This document shows positions 35,105-48,077 of a stretch of 64,000 nucleotides of DNA, in pieces. The notes beneath the pieces are model-generated. The model saw nothing but the letters and a program-made list of their open reading frames with translations, made no database searches and was not told the origin of the DNA. The DNA comes from Octopus vulgaris (taxonomy: Eukaryota). Each line of letters opens with the position of its first letter. Within the stretch, counting starts at the first letter, position 1. The translations under genes and the position numbers were made by a program. The stretch covers positions 45,136,001 through 45,200,000 of the forward strand of contig OX597820.1 of assembly GCA_951406725.2 (NCBI GenBank), in the 5' to 3' direction.

Positions 35105-37315
35105 CAGTGTTTCCCAACCTTTTTTCCCGGCGCCCCACTTTTTCATAGCAAAAGTTTTTACGCCCCACCTTTTCCCATGTCCACTCACATTTACAAGTAC
35201 ATGTGGGCCTACTTACAATTGAAAAAAAATCAAAAATTAAAAAATTGTATTCAAAATACAAAAAAATAGTTTGAGAATTGAAACAACAGGCACTGAAAGT
35301 GCATAACACCCAATAAATCGATAAAATTATTACGATTTCTCATGTTTTTAAAAAATGTCAATTTATAAAGAATAAAGAAACACGTTTTTTCAGTTCAATT
35401 ATTTGACGGTCAGCTCGACTAATTTAGTGAGAACCCTGTGCCTGATGCATACAGCACAAGTTTTTAATTTGAGGAGACAACTTTGTTAATTTCAGTCGTA
35501 AATCGCCACGTTTTGTAATCTCAAGGCGGTTTCTCTTGGCTTCGAGCAAATTATCAACTGCACTAAAACCACATTCGACCAAATAAGACGAAGGGAAAGG
35601 AATCAGTAGCTCTCTCGCTGATGTAGAAATTTTAGGATATTTTCTTTCAACCTCGTCATATAGCCACATCTTTGTACCTTTCAATTTAAACAAAGTCTTC
35701 ACTGATTCATCATGTTGTAATTCTGATAACTCTTCTTGGTATTGGATTGTAGCATCAGAAACGTTAATCAGAAGCGGTTGAGTTAACCAAGAAGGAAAAT
35801 TCATTGCCTTTAAATCGCAAAATCTGTCATTGAAATCCTTTATCAAGATATTTAAATGATCAATAATTACAATGCCAGCATCATTCGTTATTTCACATTT
35901 AAAGTTCACTGAAATTTCTTTTGGAAAATTTCTTTTTCCATAATTCGAGAGCTGTAATAAATCCAAAAATCTTTGCTTTTGCATCAATAAGTGTCATGTT
36001 TGCACCTTGAAGTTGTTTATTCAAGTTTCTCAAATATGTCTGTCAAATAACTGACAAATGCTTTTCCATCCGTTGTTGACAGCAATTTCATTTCACATTT
36101 ATCACTAAGAAAGTCGTTAATCTGATCAAATAATTCCATGAACCTCTTTAAGCAGTTTCCACTTGATAGCCATCTTACTTCTGTATGAAGCAATAATCGA
36201 ACATGTTCGGCACTTTGATTTATACAAAACTGCTTAAAAAGACGTTCAGATTTAGAATTTCTTTTAATGCTGTTGACACACTTGATCACACTTTGAAGAA
36301 TCTTGTTAAGAACAGGGGACAATTTCTTGGCAACCAAGTTTTCTCGGTGTATTACACAATGGACAGTCAACATGTTTGGATTTTCATCCTTCATCATTTT
36401 TAAGCATCCCGTATTCTTGCCCATCATGGCAGGTGCACCGTCTGCCGCACATGCCAGTAAGTTTTCCTTTGGTATTTTGTTTGCATCCAAATAATGTTTG
36501 ATTCTGATGTAAATATCATTTGCAGTTGTGGTGGTTTCAAACGATTCGCAGAACAGCATCTCTTCCTGAAACTCCTCGTGGTCAATATACCTCACATAAG
36601 TCAATAACAGAGCCTCACTGTCCCGGATTGTGGATTCGTCCATTTGTAATGAAAACTTACGCAATTTTAATTTCTCAATGAATATTGAGATAGCAGGTTT
36701 AATCAGTTGCTCTCCAATAGTGTGATTCTTTCCATGTTTTGCTATAAGCAAGGAGATTTCGTAGCTGGCTTCAAGGGCACGAGTATGAGGCGCTTGTTTT
36801 GCATGAAATAGTGAAGTGAGTTTTGTTCGGTTTTTAAATTTTTCTTTCAATGATTTGAAGTATTCCAAATCTAAATTAGAATTATTAGGATGTCTTACCT
36901 TTAAGTGCGCTTCCAGCCTACCTGCCTTCATTGACTCATTGCTCATCGTCTGATTACATAATAAGCAAAACGGTTTACGCTCATCATGCTCATCAGGAAT
37001 GAATCCAAACTTCAAAAACTCCACCGCGTATTGACGAGTCTTCTTCTTGTTTGGTTTGCTCATTTTCAATAGGGCTAACAAAAGACTAATTGAGGCAATT
37101 GATTGGCTTATCTGAATAGTAAGTTTATTGCTCAGTGCGGGATCTTCTTTGTCTCGCTGGGGTGCGAGAGTTTCCGATGTGGAGGCTTCAAAGGAAAGAT
37201 GGAATCTAAGGTTGTGCCCGCAATGACCGCTCGTCATGTACAAATATTTTCACAGCCCACGTCTATGCCCCGCGCCCCACCTGAATTTTCTCAGGCCCCA
37301 CCTTGGGAATCACTG
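35105..37315 (-). mobile_element. hAT transposon, Buster/Charlie group
   Basis: TIRs cagtgtttcccaa / ttgggaatcactg; perfect 8-bp TSD ttctagag with central TA; empty paralogous sites at ~39619 and ~46324. Confidence 0.95.
35424..37062 (-). pseudogene. Buster-type hAT transposase, frameshifted near 36010 and internally deleted
   Basis: 'RQY..EFLKFGF', 'PFCLLC...L..H', 'SLQMDEST', 'ADGAPAM', 'HCVIHR', 'HTEVRWLS', 'FPSSYLVECGFS'. Confidence 0.9.
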
Positions 37316-37947
37316 TTCTAGAGTATTGTTTTTTTTTGTGTGTTTTCCACGATGTGTTGTGGAATGTGAAGATGCAATTTGTCTCCTTCTTTGGTGAAGA
37401 GTGCTTTTGTGAGGTTTATTTCCTGTGTGGTGAATTTTACGATTGTTCATTTTTGTTTTGTCGCATCCGCGAAGTTCGTTTTAATATTGGCGGTGTTAGC
37501 AGCAGAAGGGTTGGTTGTAGCAGTTGAAGTCGTGGTAGTGGTGTTGGTGTCTTTGGTAGGCGGCTTTGAACTTTTGTCAGCACCATTATGTATCAGACAG
37601 ATTCTGGTATTTCTTAAAACATGTACAGAATGACTGCAATTAGAATCCCCAGGAAAAGCAGGGGCTAGACTGATGTTGCTGGTTCTTGATGCATCGGCTT
37701 TAAAGCCTTTTGTTGTTGTATTCTTACTTTTTGTCTCGAAATCAATTTTTGCCATTTCGAAATTATTGTCATAAACCAACCAAGTTGAATATTCTGACTT
37801 ACTCCAGATTGTGGATACATAACTCATATGCATAACTTATTGGCACGGATATCAAGGAATGCAGTATTTTCATATTTGGTATTTCTATCTTAAGGGTGAA
37901 ATTTTCTCTTCATTGAAGTTGTGAGAACTATATATCTGTGAAATATA

Positions 37948-38670
37948 CTAGCAGTGTAGCCCGGTGTTGCTCTGGTTTGTTTTTTAGTTGCACTTAAAAC
38001 AGCAGACTTTGATGTCACGTTAACACAGCTTTGACATAGTTTCAATCTACGAATAAAAGTATAGTGTGACGATGCCCGAGTTTGCTCTGAATGTGCTGCA
38101 AATGTGTAATACCGACTTCAGTTGTTGGTATTGTTGGTTAATATTCCTTCTATTAACATTATTCCATAGGAGCTGATTCCAAAGCGTATTTAAAGCTCTG
38201 AATGTAGCTGTTGTCCTGTGAAGCATTTCTTGCAGTTCAAGAAGGGGGCCGATTCTAGCTTGCAGTTTAATTGAATATTTATCGTTTTCATCTGTGAAGG
38301 CAAATAAATTTTACCTTGCGGCCTGTTGAAAGCTGACTGAAATAAAGTATAGCTAGAGAAATTGCAGTGGATTATTATCAACAGGCTGCAGAGAGCCGAT
38401 AAAATGATGCACCTGACCATGAACTTTAAAAGTTGGTATAAATTCCTTCTTATCAAATTTATAACTGGATCCAAACGGGTTCATCTGGAAGTCACAATTG
38501 TAACGTCGGATACCTTTAAAGAAGGCCCTTGATATAGGATGGGTACCTGTAAGAAGAAATTTAAGTGGCTGTGGTGGATCCCTAGGTGTAGGTAGTTATA
38601 CCTTTCCATTTGAACAGCACAATCCCGCTGGTTCACCTACCCATTTTTTAGCATTGCAAAATTGACAAGT
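37948..38670 (-). mobile_element. Helitron 3' piece (Rep N-terminal region fused to the 3' terminus), copy 1 of 6
   Basis: Minus strand ends 'ccagagcaacaccggg-ctacactg-CTAG|t' (degenerate hairpin plus CTAG); coding remnant 'IR.YN..FQM..FG...FIPTFKVHGQVHHFIGSL.P'. Confidence 0.8.
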
Positions 38671-39330
38671 TGTCATAAACCACCCAAGTTGAATATTCTG
38701 ACTTACATGTTGTCTCCAGATCGTGGAGACATTACTTTTATGCATAACTTATTGGCACGGATATTAAGGAATGCAGTATTTTCATATTTAGTATTTCAAT
38801 ATGAAGAGTGATATTTGCTCCCCATTGAAGTTGTGAAAACTATTTTTGAAATACAAAAGTAAAGACGTAAAGTAAGTACAGTTAGGAGCTTTTTAATGAT
38901 CACTATAAATGTTTTGATACATATAGATCTACATATTGAAATGAATTTTTTGAATTTGTTGTCATCACAAAACAACAAATTCAAATATCTTGACTTGCAT
39001 GTCATCTGCAAATTGTTTAGACATTGTTGTATCACATTCATATACCCGATGAATGCAAAGCTAGGAATGCAGTGTTTCCATATTTGGTACATGTATAGAA
39101 AGTCTAGCATTTCCATATTTGGTAAATGTATATAAAGGGGAGCATTTTTACCGCACCCAAATAGTTACATACACACATACATATCTACATATTCTTCATC
39201 TTTTAGCTTTTATCTGCTTCATTTATTAAATTCTTAGCATGCAGTCAATATCTATTCCTGGAATGAAATACCTTTTTTATGTATATATAAATATGTGTGT
39301 GTATGTCTGTATGCAGACGTAGGAGTTGAA

Positions 39331-39741
39331 CAGATGGCAGAGACTAAACATTGTATTTCGACATCAGGTGGTACATTTTTTATTTGGATTTTCGTCAGTT
39401 TCTGGTTTAAATAGATTGGTAACATTACCAAGTCGTCTGAATGCAGCTCCAATGTGGAGAATCGTTTTGCTAAATTTTCGTTGAGGGAACGTACTTGGAC
39501 TGTACCAAATTTATTTCCCCAACTGATATACTCCTTAGAGTCCCATGCAGGACGAAGACATTTTTCAATTTTTACCTATGGTGCATTTTCTGGTCGTTTT
39601 GTTTTGTTGTTGATGACTTTCTAGATTATTGTTTTTTTTGTGTGTATTCCACGATGTGTTGTGGAATGTGAAGGTGCAATTTGTCTCCTTCATTGGTGAA
39701 GAGTGCTTTTGTGAGGTTTATTTCCTGTGTGGTGAATTTTA
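39331..39741 (-). mobile_element. Duplicated Tx1 ORF1 fragment (hAT-empty)
   Basis: Matches 34810-35104 plus 37324-37440. Confidence 0.85.
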
Positions 39742-40036
39742 TGAAAGCAGGGGCTAGACTGATGTTGCTGGTTCTTGATGCATCGGCTTTAAAGCCTTTT
39801 GTTGTTGTATTCTTACTTTTTGTCTCGAAATCAATTTTTGCCATTTCGAAATTATTGTCATAAACTAACCAAGTTGAATATACTGATTTACTCCAGATCG
39901 TGGATACATAACTCATATGCATAACTTATTGGCACGGATATCATGGAATGCAGTATTTTCTTATTTGGTATTTCTATCGTAAGGGTGAAATTTTCTCTCC
40001 ATTGAAGTTGTGAAAACTATATATCTGTGAAATATA

Positions 40037-40756
40037 CTAGCAGTGTAGCCCGGTGTTGCTCTGGTTTGTTTTTTAGTTGCACTTAAAACAGCAGACTTTG
40101 ATGTCACGTTAACACAGCTTTGACATAGTTTCAATCTACGTATAAAAGTATAGTGTGACGATGCCCGAGTTTGCTCTGAATGTGCTGCAAATGTGTAATA
40201 CCGACTTCAGTTGTTGGTATTGTTGGCTAAAATTCCTTCTATTAACATTATTCCATAGGAGCTGATTCCAAAGCGTATTTAAAGCTCTGAATGTAGCTGT
40301 TGTCCTGTGAAGCATTTCTTGCAGTTCAAGATGGGGGCCCATTCTAGCTTGCAGTTTAATTGAATATTTATCGTTTTCATCTGTGAAGGCAAATAAATTT
40401 TACCTTGCTGCCTGTTGAAAGCTGTCTGAAATAAAGTATAGCTGGAGAAATTGCAGTGGATTATTATCAACAGGCTGCAGAGAGCCGATAAAATGATGCA
40501 CCTGGCCATGAACTTTAAAAGTTGGTATAAATTCCTTATCAAATTTATAACTGGATCCAAACGGGTTCATCTGGAAGGCACAATTGTAATGTCGGATACC
40601 TTTAAGGAAGGCCCTTGAGAGAGGATGGGTACCTGTAAGAAGAAATTTAAGTGGCTGTGGTGGATCCCAAGGTGTAGGTAGTTATACCTTTCCATTTGAA
40701 CAGCACAATCCTGCTTGTTCACCTACCCATTTTTTAGCATTGCAAAATTGACAAGT
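40037..40756 (-). mobile_element. Helitron 3' piece, copy 2
   Basis: Near-identical to 37948-38670. Confidence 0.8.
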
Positions 40757-41465
40757 TGTCATAAACCACCCAAGTTGAATATTCTGACTTACATGTTGTC
40801 TCCAGATTGTGGAGACATTACTTTTATGCATAACTTATTGGCACGGATATTAAGGAATGCAGTATTTTCATATTTAGTATTTCAATATGAAAAGTGATAT
40901 TGTCTCCCCATTGAAGTTCTGAAAACTATATATCTTTGAAATATGAAAGTAAAGACATAAAGTAAGTACAGTTAGGGAGCTTTTTAATGATCACTATAAA
41001 TGTTTTGATACATATAGATCTACATATTGAAATGAATTTTTTGAATTTGTTGTCATCACAAAACAACAAATTCAAATATCTTGACTTGCATGTCATCTGC
41101 AAATTGTTTAGACATTGTTGTATCACATTCATATACCCGATGAATGCAAAGCTAGGAATGCAGTGTTTCCATATTTGGTACTTATATAGAAAGGGTAGCA
41201 TTTCCATATTTGGTATGTGTATATAAAGGGGAGCATTTTTACTCCACCCAAATAGTTAATACACATACATACACACACACGGACACACATATATCTACAT
41301 ATTCTTCATCTTTTAGCTTTTATCTGCTTCATTTATTAAATTCTTACCATGCAATCAATATCTATTCCTGGAATGAAATACGTTTTTTATGTATATATAA
41401 ATATGTGTGTGTGTGTGTGTGTGTTTATGTCTGTATACACATGTATGTGTTGGTACATATGTACA

Positions 41466-41519
<54 letters not shown>

Positions 41520-42193
41520 GATATACACACACTCAAATATATACATATATATGCATGTGTATACACATGGATGCATAGTTATAGATATTCTGCTACACCA
41601 GTTACTGAATGTTATGCCTTTCTGAATAATGGCAATTTGTGACACAGTGTGAATGCAGACGTTGTGGAACTTTTGTGAGCACCATTATGAATCCGAGAAA
41701 TTCTCATAATTCTTAAACATGTAGATAACCTGAATTATAATTCCTAGGACACGCCTGAGGCTGACTCTGCTGCTGCTTTTTCTAGATGCATCCATGTGAA
41801 GGACTTTTGCTGGTGTATTCTTACTCTTTATATTCAAATGAATGTTTTGAAATTTATTATTGTCATGAGAAAACAGAGAAATGGAATATTCTGACTTGCA
41901 TATCGTCTGCATAACATGTAGATATTACCTGTATGCATAAAAGTAAAGCCATGAATATCAAGGCACATAATGCTGCATTCATATACCCAATGGATGCAAA
42001 GCTAGGAATGTTTTGTTTTCATATTCGGTATAGAAATGTTAATGGTAGCACTTTCTCTCCACTCAACTTTTAAATCATTTTAATCTTTTATATTCTTCAT
42101 CTTTTAAGTTTCACTTGTTTCAGTGATTAGATTCCTACCATGCAGCAAATATATATTGCTTGATTGCAATATATGTGTGTATATGAGTATATT

Positions 42194-42224
<31 letters not shown>

Positions 42225-43647
42225 ATGTCTGTAGATACACATGTATGTGTATAAGCACACATATACATAGATACAATGCTGTTACACAAGTCACTGGATA
42301 CTATGCCTTTCTGAATACTAGCAATTTGTGGCATAGAGTCAAAGCAGACTTTGTGAAACTGTTGTCAGAACCATTATGTATCCAACAGATTTTGATATTT
42401 CTTAAAACACTCACTGAATTACAAAAAAAAAAAATGAAATTCACTATAATGCAATCTCAAACCAGGAGAGTTGTTCTGAGAAAGAACTCCCATCTGACAA
42501 GTGTTTGGCTATTATTCCTGATACTCTATGGGAGCTGGAGCCACCCAGCTCTTGTCTCGTAGGTTTCCCCTTGCTGTTTTCCAAAATCCTGTCCCCTGCT
42601 TTATTCAGACGTCAGTCATTCTTTTTGTGGTCTTGAATTCCCTTGCCTGTGTTTCAGACCACTCATGCTGCTTCACCAGTCACTAGATATTATGACTTTC
42701 TGAATAATAGCAATTTGTGACACAGTGTGAAGGTAAAAATTGAGGAACTTTTGTCAGCACCATTACGTACCAGACAGATTCTGGTATTTCTTCAAACATG
42801 TACAGAATGACTGCAATTAGAATCCCCAGGAAAAGCAGGGGCTAGACTGATGTTGGTGGTTCTTGATGCATCAGCTTTAAAGTCTTTCGTTGTTGTATTC
42901 TTACTTTTTGTCTCAAAATCAATTTTTGCCATTTCGAAATTATTGTCATAAACCAACTAAGTTGAATATTCTGACTTATATGTTGTCTCCAGATCGTGGA
43001 GACATTACTCATATGCATAACTTATTGGCACGGATATCAAGGAATGCAGTATTTTCATATTTGGTATTTCAAAAGGAAGAGTGATATTTTCTCCCTATTG
43101 AAGTTGTGAAAACTATATCTCTTTGAAATATGAAAGTAAAGACGTAAAGTAAGTACAGTTAGGGAGCTTTTTAATGATCACTATAAATGTTTTGATACAT
43201 ATAGATCTACATATCGAAATGAATTTTTTGAATTTGTTGTCATCACAAAACAACAAATTCAAATATCTTGACTTGCATGTCATCTGCAAATTGTTTAGAC
43301 ACTATTGTACCGCATTCATATACCCGATGAATGCAAAGCTAGGAATGCAGTGTTTCCATATTTGGTATTTGTATAGAAAGGCTAGCATTTCCATATTTGG
43401 TACTTGTATATAAAGGGGAGCATTTTTACCCCGCCCAAATAGCTACATACACACACACACACACATAAATATATATGTATACATGATGATGATGATACAT
43501 ATTCTTCATCTTTTAGCTTTTATCTGCTTCATTTATTAAATTCTTACCATGCAGTCAATATCTATTCCTGGAATGAAATATGTTTTTTATGTATATATAA
43601 ATGTGTGTATGTCTGTATACACATGTATGTGTAGGTACATATGTACA

Positions 43648-43695
<48 letters not shown>

Positions 43696-43984
43696 CAAAT
43701 ATATAGATATATTTGCTTGTGTATACACATGGATGCATATTTATAGATATTCTGCTACACCAGTTACTGAATGTTATGCCTTTCTGAATAATGGCAATTT
43801 GTGACACAGTGTGAATGCTGATATTGTGGAACTTTTTTGAGCACCATTATGAATCCAAGGTATTCTCATAATTCTTAAACATGTAGATAACCTGAATTAT
43901 AAATCCTAGGACAAGCCTGAGGCTGAATCTGCTGCTACTTTTTCTAGATTCATCTATGTGAAGAACTTTTGATGGTGTATTCTT

Positions 43985-45305
43985 AATAATAATAATAAAA
44001 CATTGTGTACAGTGCTCAGGTGCACTACAACTCATCTAAAGTGTATGTATAGTACAAAGGGTAATGTACAGGTTCCAATCTGCTCTCTTCCAATCGAAGG
44101 AAGCAGATTAGATATGGTTCGGGTTTTTGTTGTTGCCGCAAGAGCCAGATTGGCGATGATCATAGCATGATCAGAGTCGCCTAGAGGTTCCTCCGTAGTA
44201 CAATTGATAACCGCTTTAAGAGTTGTGGTGAAGAGCAGGTCCAAGGCGTTGTCGCCTCTTGTTGGAGAGGTGACTACTTGTGACCAGTTTGAGTCCAGTA
44301 CAAGCTCAATGAAATCGTTTGCACTCTGTGGTCAATGGAAGGTTTCCCAATTGATCTCAGGATGATTGAAGTCGCCTGCAATAAAAACATAAGTGGCTGT
44401 TTTCCTGGCAGCAGCTCGGAGGATATCGCAAAACTGTGTGTCTTGATGGTAATTTGGGGGACGATAAACAATGCCAAGCAGGAGTGTTGACATGGTCATA
44501 CGTATGTCATAGAAAAAAGCTTCTTCTCGTGATTCGTTCAAATCAGCACAAGGAATTACCGAAAAATTTGAACGAACGTAGACCATCAAACCACCACCAT
44601 GGCAGTTAATGCTGTCCTTGCGGAAAAGGTTGTACCCAGTAATGTTGAAAACCCCATCACAGAGTAAGGAATGTGCCCATGTTTCCATGACTGTGATGAA
44701 GTCAGGGTCAATACTTCTGACGTAGGAGTTGAACAGATGTATTTTGTTGCATAAACTGCGAGCATTTAAGGACAACAATTTGTACCCTGCTTGCAGTTTA
44801 TGATGGTGTGTAGAGGATGGCAGGTTGTTCTGGTTTAGTTTCCCAGAGTTGCTGTAGTTTTTTTTCCATTTTCAGTTATTGTGGGTAGAGAGCACTCAGA
44901 CCAGGGGGTATCTCTCTTCCACGTTTCACCAGTCTTAACAAATCTCCAGCTTTGTCCATCCTCACGAAGACTGAAACTTTCTTGCAGAGCTGAGTTCCGG
45001 TTCAGGGAAGCTGCTACATGTAGCTTCGGACGTACATCGGGTGGTAAGCCTGGGCGTGTTTGGAAGGTAGTCCGATTTTCACGCCCAGCTTTAACTGAGG
45101 CCAGATGGTATGAGGTTGCCTCAGCATTGTTTGAAAAAGACAGCTTGATGAGCCTGGTTTTTGGGCCAGGTCGTCCAAGGCGGAGAACACCCATTCGGGG
45201 AACGCAGCCTAGGTCTTTGGCGGAGTTGGCAGCAAATACCTGAAGATCAACCATGTCTTCTGGTACCCCAATGGCAATAACTTCGTGGGTAGCAGAATCC
45301 GTGTT
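43985..45305 (-). mobile_element. CR1-like ORF1/endonuclease derivative, copy 2
   Basis: Paralogue of 28029-29340; ORFs 44332-44778 and 44835-45428. Confidence 0.88.
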
Positions 45306-45928
45306 CCTTAAGGAAGGCCCTTGTGAGAGGATGGGTACCTGTAAGAAGAAATTTAAGTGGCTGTGGTTAATCCCTAGGTGTAGGTAGTTACACCTTTCCA
45401 TTTCAACAGCACAATCCCGCTGTTTCACCTATCCATTTTTTAGCACTGCAAAATTGACAAGTTTTAGACATGCCGCCAATCTGATTGTGAGGGTGGTCTG
45501 CATAATCAGTAGTGGGAACATAAGTGAAAGCCTTCAATGACCATCGTGATTTTATTGCTCTCGAAATACCTTGCCTATTGGCTTTGTACTGAGAAACATC
45601 CCCCTAGTCGATTGGATCTGTTATATGCTGTCTCTGCAGCTCTGGCAGATGCAGTAGAAGCAGCGTCTCTGCTCAGATGCAGCTCACATTGAGCATCATT
45701 CTCTGCAGCTCTGGCAAATGCCGTAGAGGCAGCATTTCTATTCAGATGTAGTTCATGTTGTGCATCGTTCTCAGCAGCTCCTTCAGATCGTGCAGCTGCA
45801 GCCTTTCGGTCTAAACGAAGTCTATGCTGACTATTTTTGTCTGCAGCTTGTACATCTGCATTAATTGTTGCATTTCCATTGTTCTGATGTGGAACATTTT
45901 CATTATCCAGCACAGCCTGTGGGAATGT
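45306..45928 (-). mobile_element. Helitron N-terminal fragment, copy 2
   Basis: Paralogue of 29341-29938. Confidence 0.8.
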
Positions 45929-45932
45929 TATA

Positions 45933-46587
45933 CAATTGGAGAAGGAATCGGATTGATTTTCCCAGCCAGTCTTTTTGTCTTAGAACAGCGATTTCAAGGA
46001 TGTTTGTCTCTGCCATTGTCTCTGCCATTTCAAAGCAGATGGCAGAGACTAAACATTGTATTTCGACATCAGGTGGTACATTTTTTATTTGGACTTTCGT
46101 CAGTCTCTGGTTTAAATAGATTGGTATCATTACCAAGTCGTCTGAATGCAGCTCCAATGTGGAGAATCGTTTTGCTAAATTTTTGTTGAGGAAACGTACT
46201 TGGACTGTACCAAATTTATTTCCCCAACTGATATACTCCTTAGAGTCCCATGCAGGACGAAGACATTTTTCAATTTTTTGCTGCGGTGCATTTTCTGGTC
46301 GTTTTGCTTTCTTGTTGATGACTTTGTAGATTATTGTTTTTTTTTGTGTGTTTTCCACGATGTGTTGTGGAATGTGAAGGTGTAATTTGTCTCCTTCTTT
46401 GGTGAAGAGTGCTTTTGTGAGGTTTATTTCCTGTGTGGTGAATTTTACGATTGTTCGTTTTTGTTTTGTCGCATCCGCGAAGTTTGTTTTAATATTGGCG
46501 GTGTTAGCAGCAGAAGGGTTAGTTTTTGCAGTTGAAGTCGTGGTAGTGGTGTTGGTGTTGGCGTTGGCGTCTTTGGTAGGCGGTTTT
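45933..46587 (-). mobile_element. Tx1 ORF1 N-terminal fragment (hAT-empty)
   Basis: Paralogue of 34718-35104 plus 37324-37567. Confidence 0.85.
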
Positions 46588-46967
46588 GAACTTTTGTCAG
46601 CACCATTATGTATCAGACAGATTCTGGTATTTCTTAAAACATGTACAGAATGACTGCAATTAGAATCCCCAGGAAAAGCAGGGGCTAGACTGATGTTGCT
46701 GGTTCTTGATGCATCGGCTTTAAAGCCTTTTGTTGTTGTATTCTTACTTTTTGTCTCGAAATCAATTTTTGCCATTTCGAAATTATTGTCATAAACCAAC
46801 CAAGTTGAATATACTGACTTACTCCAGATTGTGGATACATAACTCATATGCATAACTTATTGGCACGGATATCAAGGAATGCAGTATTTTCTTATTTGGT
46901 ATTTCTATCGTAAGGGTGAAATTTTCTCTCCATTGAAGTTGTGAAAACTATATATCTGTGAAATATA

Positions 46968-47690
46968 CTAGCAGTGTAGCCCGGTGTTGCTCTGGTTTGT
47001 TTTTTAGTTGCACTTAAAACAGCAGACTTTGATGTCACGTTAACACAGCTTTGACATAGTTTCAATCTACGTATAAAAGTATAGTGTGACGATGCTCGAG
47101 TTTGCTCTGAATGTGCTGCAAATGTGTAATACTGACTTCAGTTGTTGGTATTGTTGGCTAAAATTCCTTCTATTAACATTATTCCATAGGAGCTGATTCC
47201 AAAGCGTATTTAAAGCTCTGAATGTAGCTGTTGTCCTGTGAAGCATTTCTTGCAGTTCAAGAAGGGGGCCGATTCTAGCTTGCAGGTTAATTGAGTATTT
47301 ATCGTTTTCATCTGTGAAGGCAAATAAATTTTGCCTTGCTGCCTGTTGAAAGCTGTCTGAAATAAAGTATAGCTAGAGAAATTGCAGTGGATTATTATCA
47401 ACAGGCTGTAGAGAGCTGATAAAATGATGCAACTGACCATGAACTTTAAAAGTTGGTATATATTCCTTCTTATCAAATTTATAACCGGATCCAAATGGGT
47501 TCATCTGGAAGGCACAATTGTAATGTCGGATAACTTTAAGGAAGGCCCTAGAGAGAGGATGAGTACCTGTAAGAAGAAATTTAAGTGGCTATGGTGGATC
47601 CCTAGGTGTAGGTAGTTATACCTTTCCATTTGAACAGCACAATCCCGCTTGTTCATCTACCCATTTTTTAGCATTGCAAAATTGACAAGT
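46968..47690 (-). mobile_element. Helitron 3' piece, copy 3
   Basis: Same CTAG terminus and Rep remnant. Confidence 0.8.
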
Positions 47691-48019
47691 TGTCATAAAC
47701 CACCCAAGTTGAATATTCCGACTTACATGTTGTCTCCAGATTGTGGAGACATTACTTATATGCATAACTTATTGGCACGGATATTAAGGAATGCAGTATT
47801 TTCATATTTAGTATTTCAATATGAAGAGTGATATTTTCTCCCCATTGAAGTTCTGAAAACTATATATCTTTGAAATACAAAAGTAAAGACATAAAGTAAG
47901 TACAGTGTTTCCATATTTGGTATGCAGTGTTTCTATATTTGGTACTTATATAGAAAGTCTAGCATTTTCATATTTGGTACGTGTATATAAAGGGGAGAAT
48001 TTTTACTCCACCCAAATAG

Positions 48020-48077
<58 letters not shown>

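Larger units (their letters stand above)
32582..37567 (-). mobile_element. Tx1/L1-clade LINE 5' half (ORF1 with zinc knuckle, ORF2 endonuclease), 3'-truncated and interrupted by a hAT
   Basis: ORF1 'CYLCGSKTHLKKTC' (34016-34750); ORF2 'MIKIGCVNASGL..ISET..GDWNA' (33174-33710) and 'GPGYWKLN'. Confidence 0.88.

Noticed and set aside
36017-37243. Domesticated ZBED8/SCAND3-like host gene
   Set aside because: Bounded by TIRs and a TSD, frameshifted and internally deleted: a transposon copy
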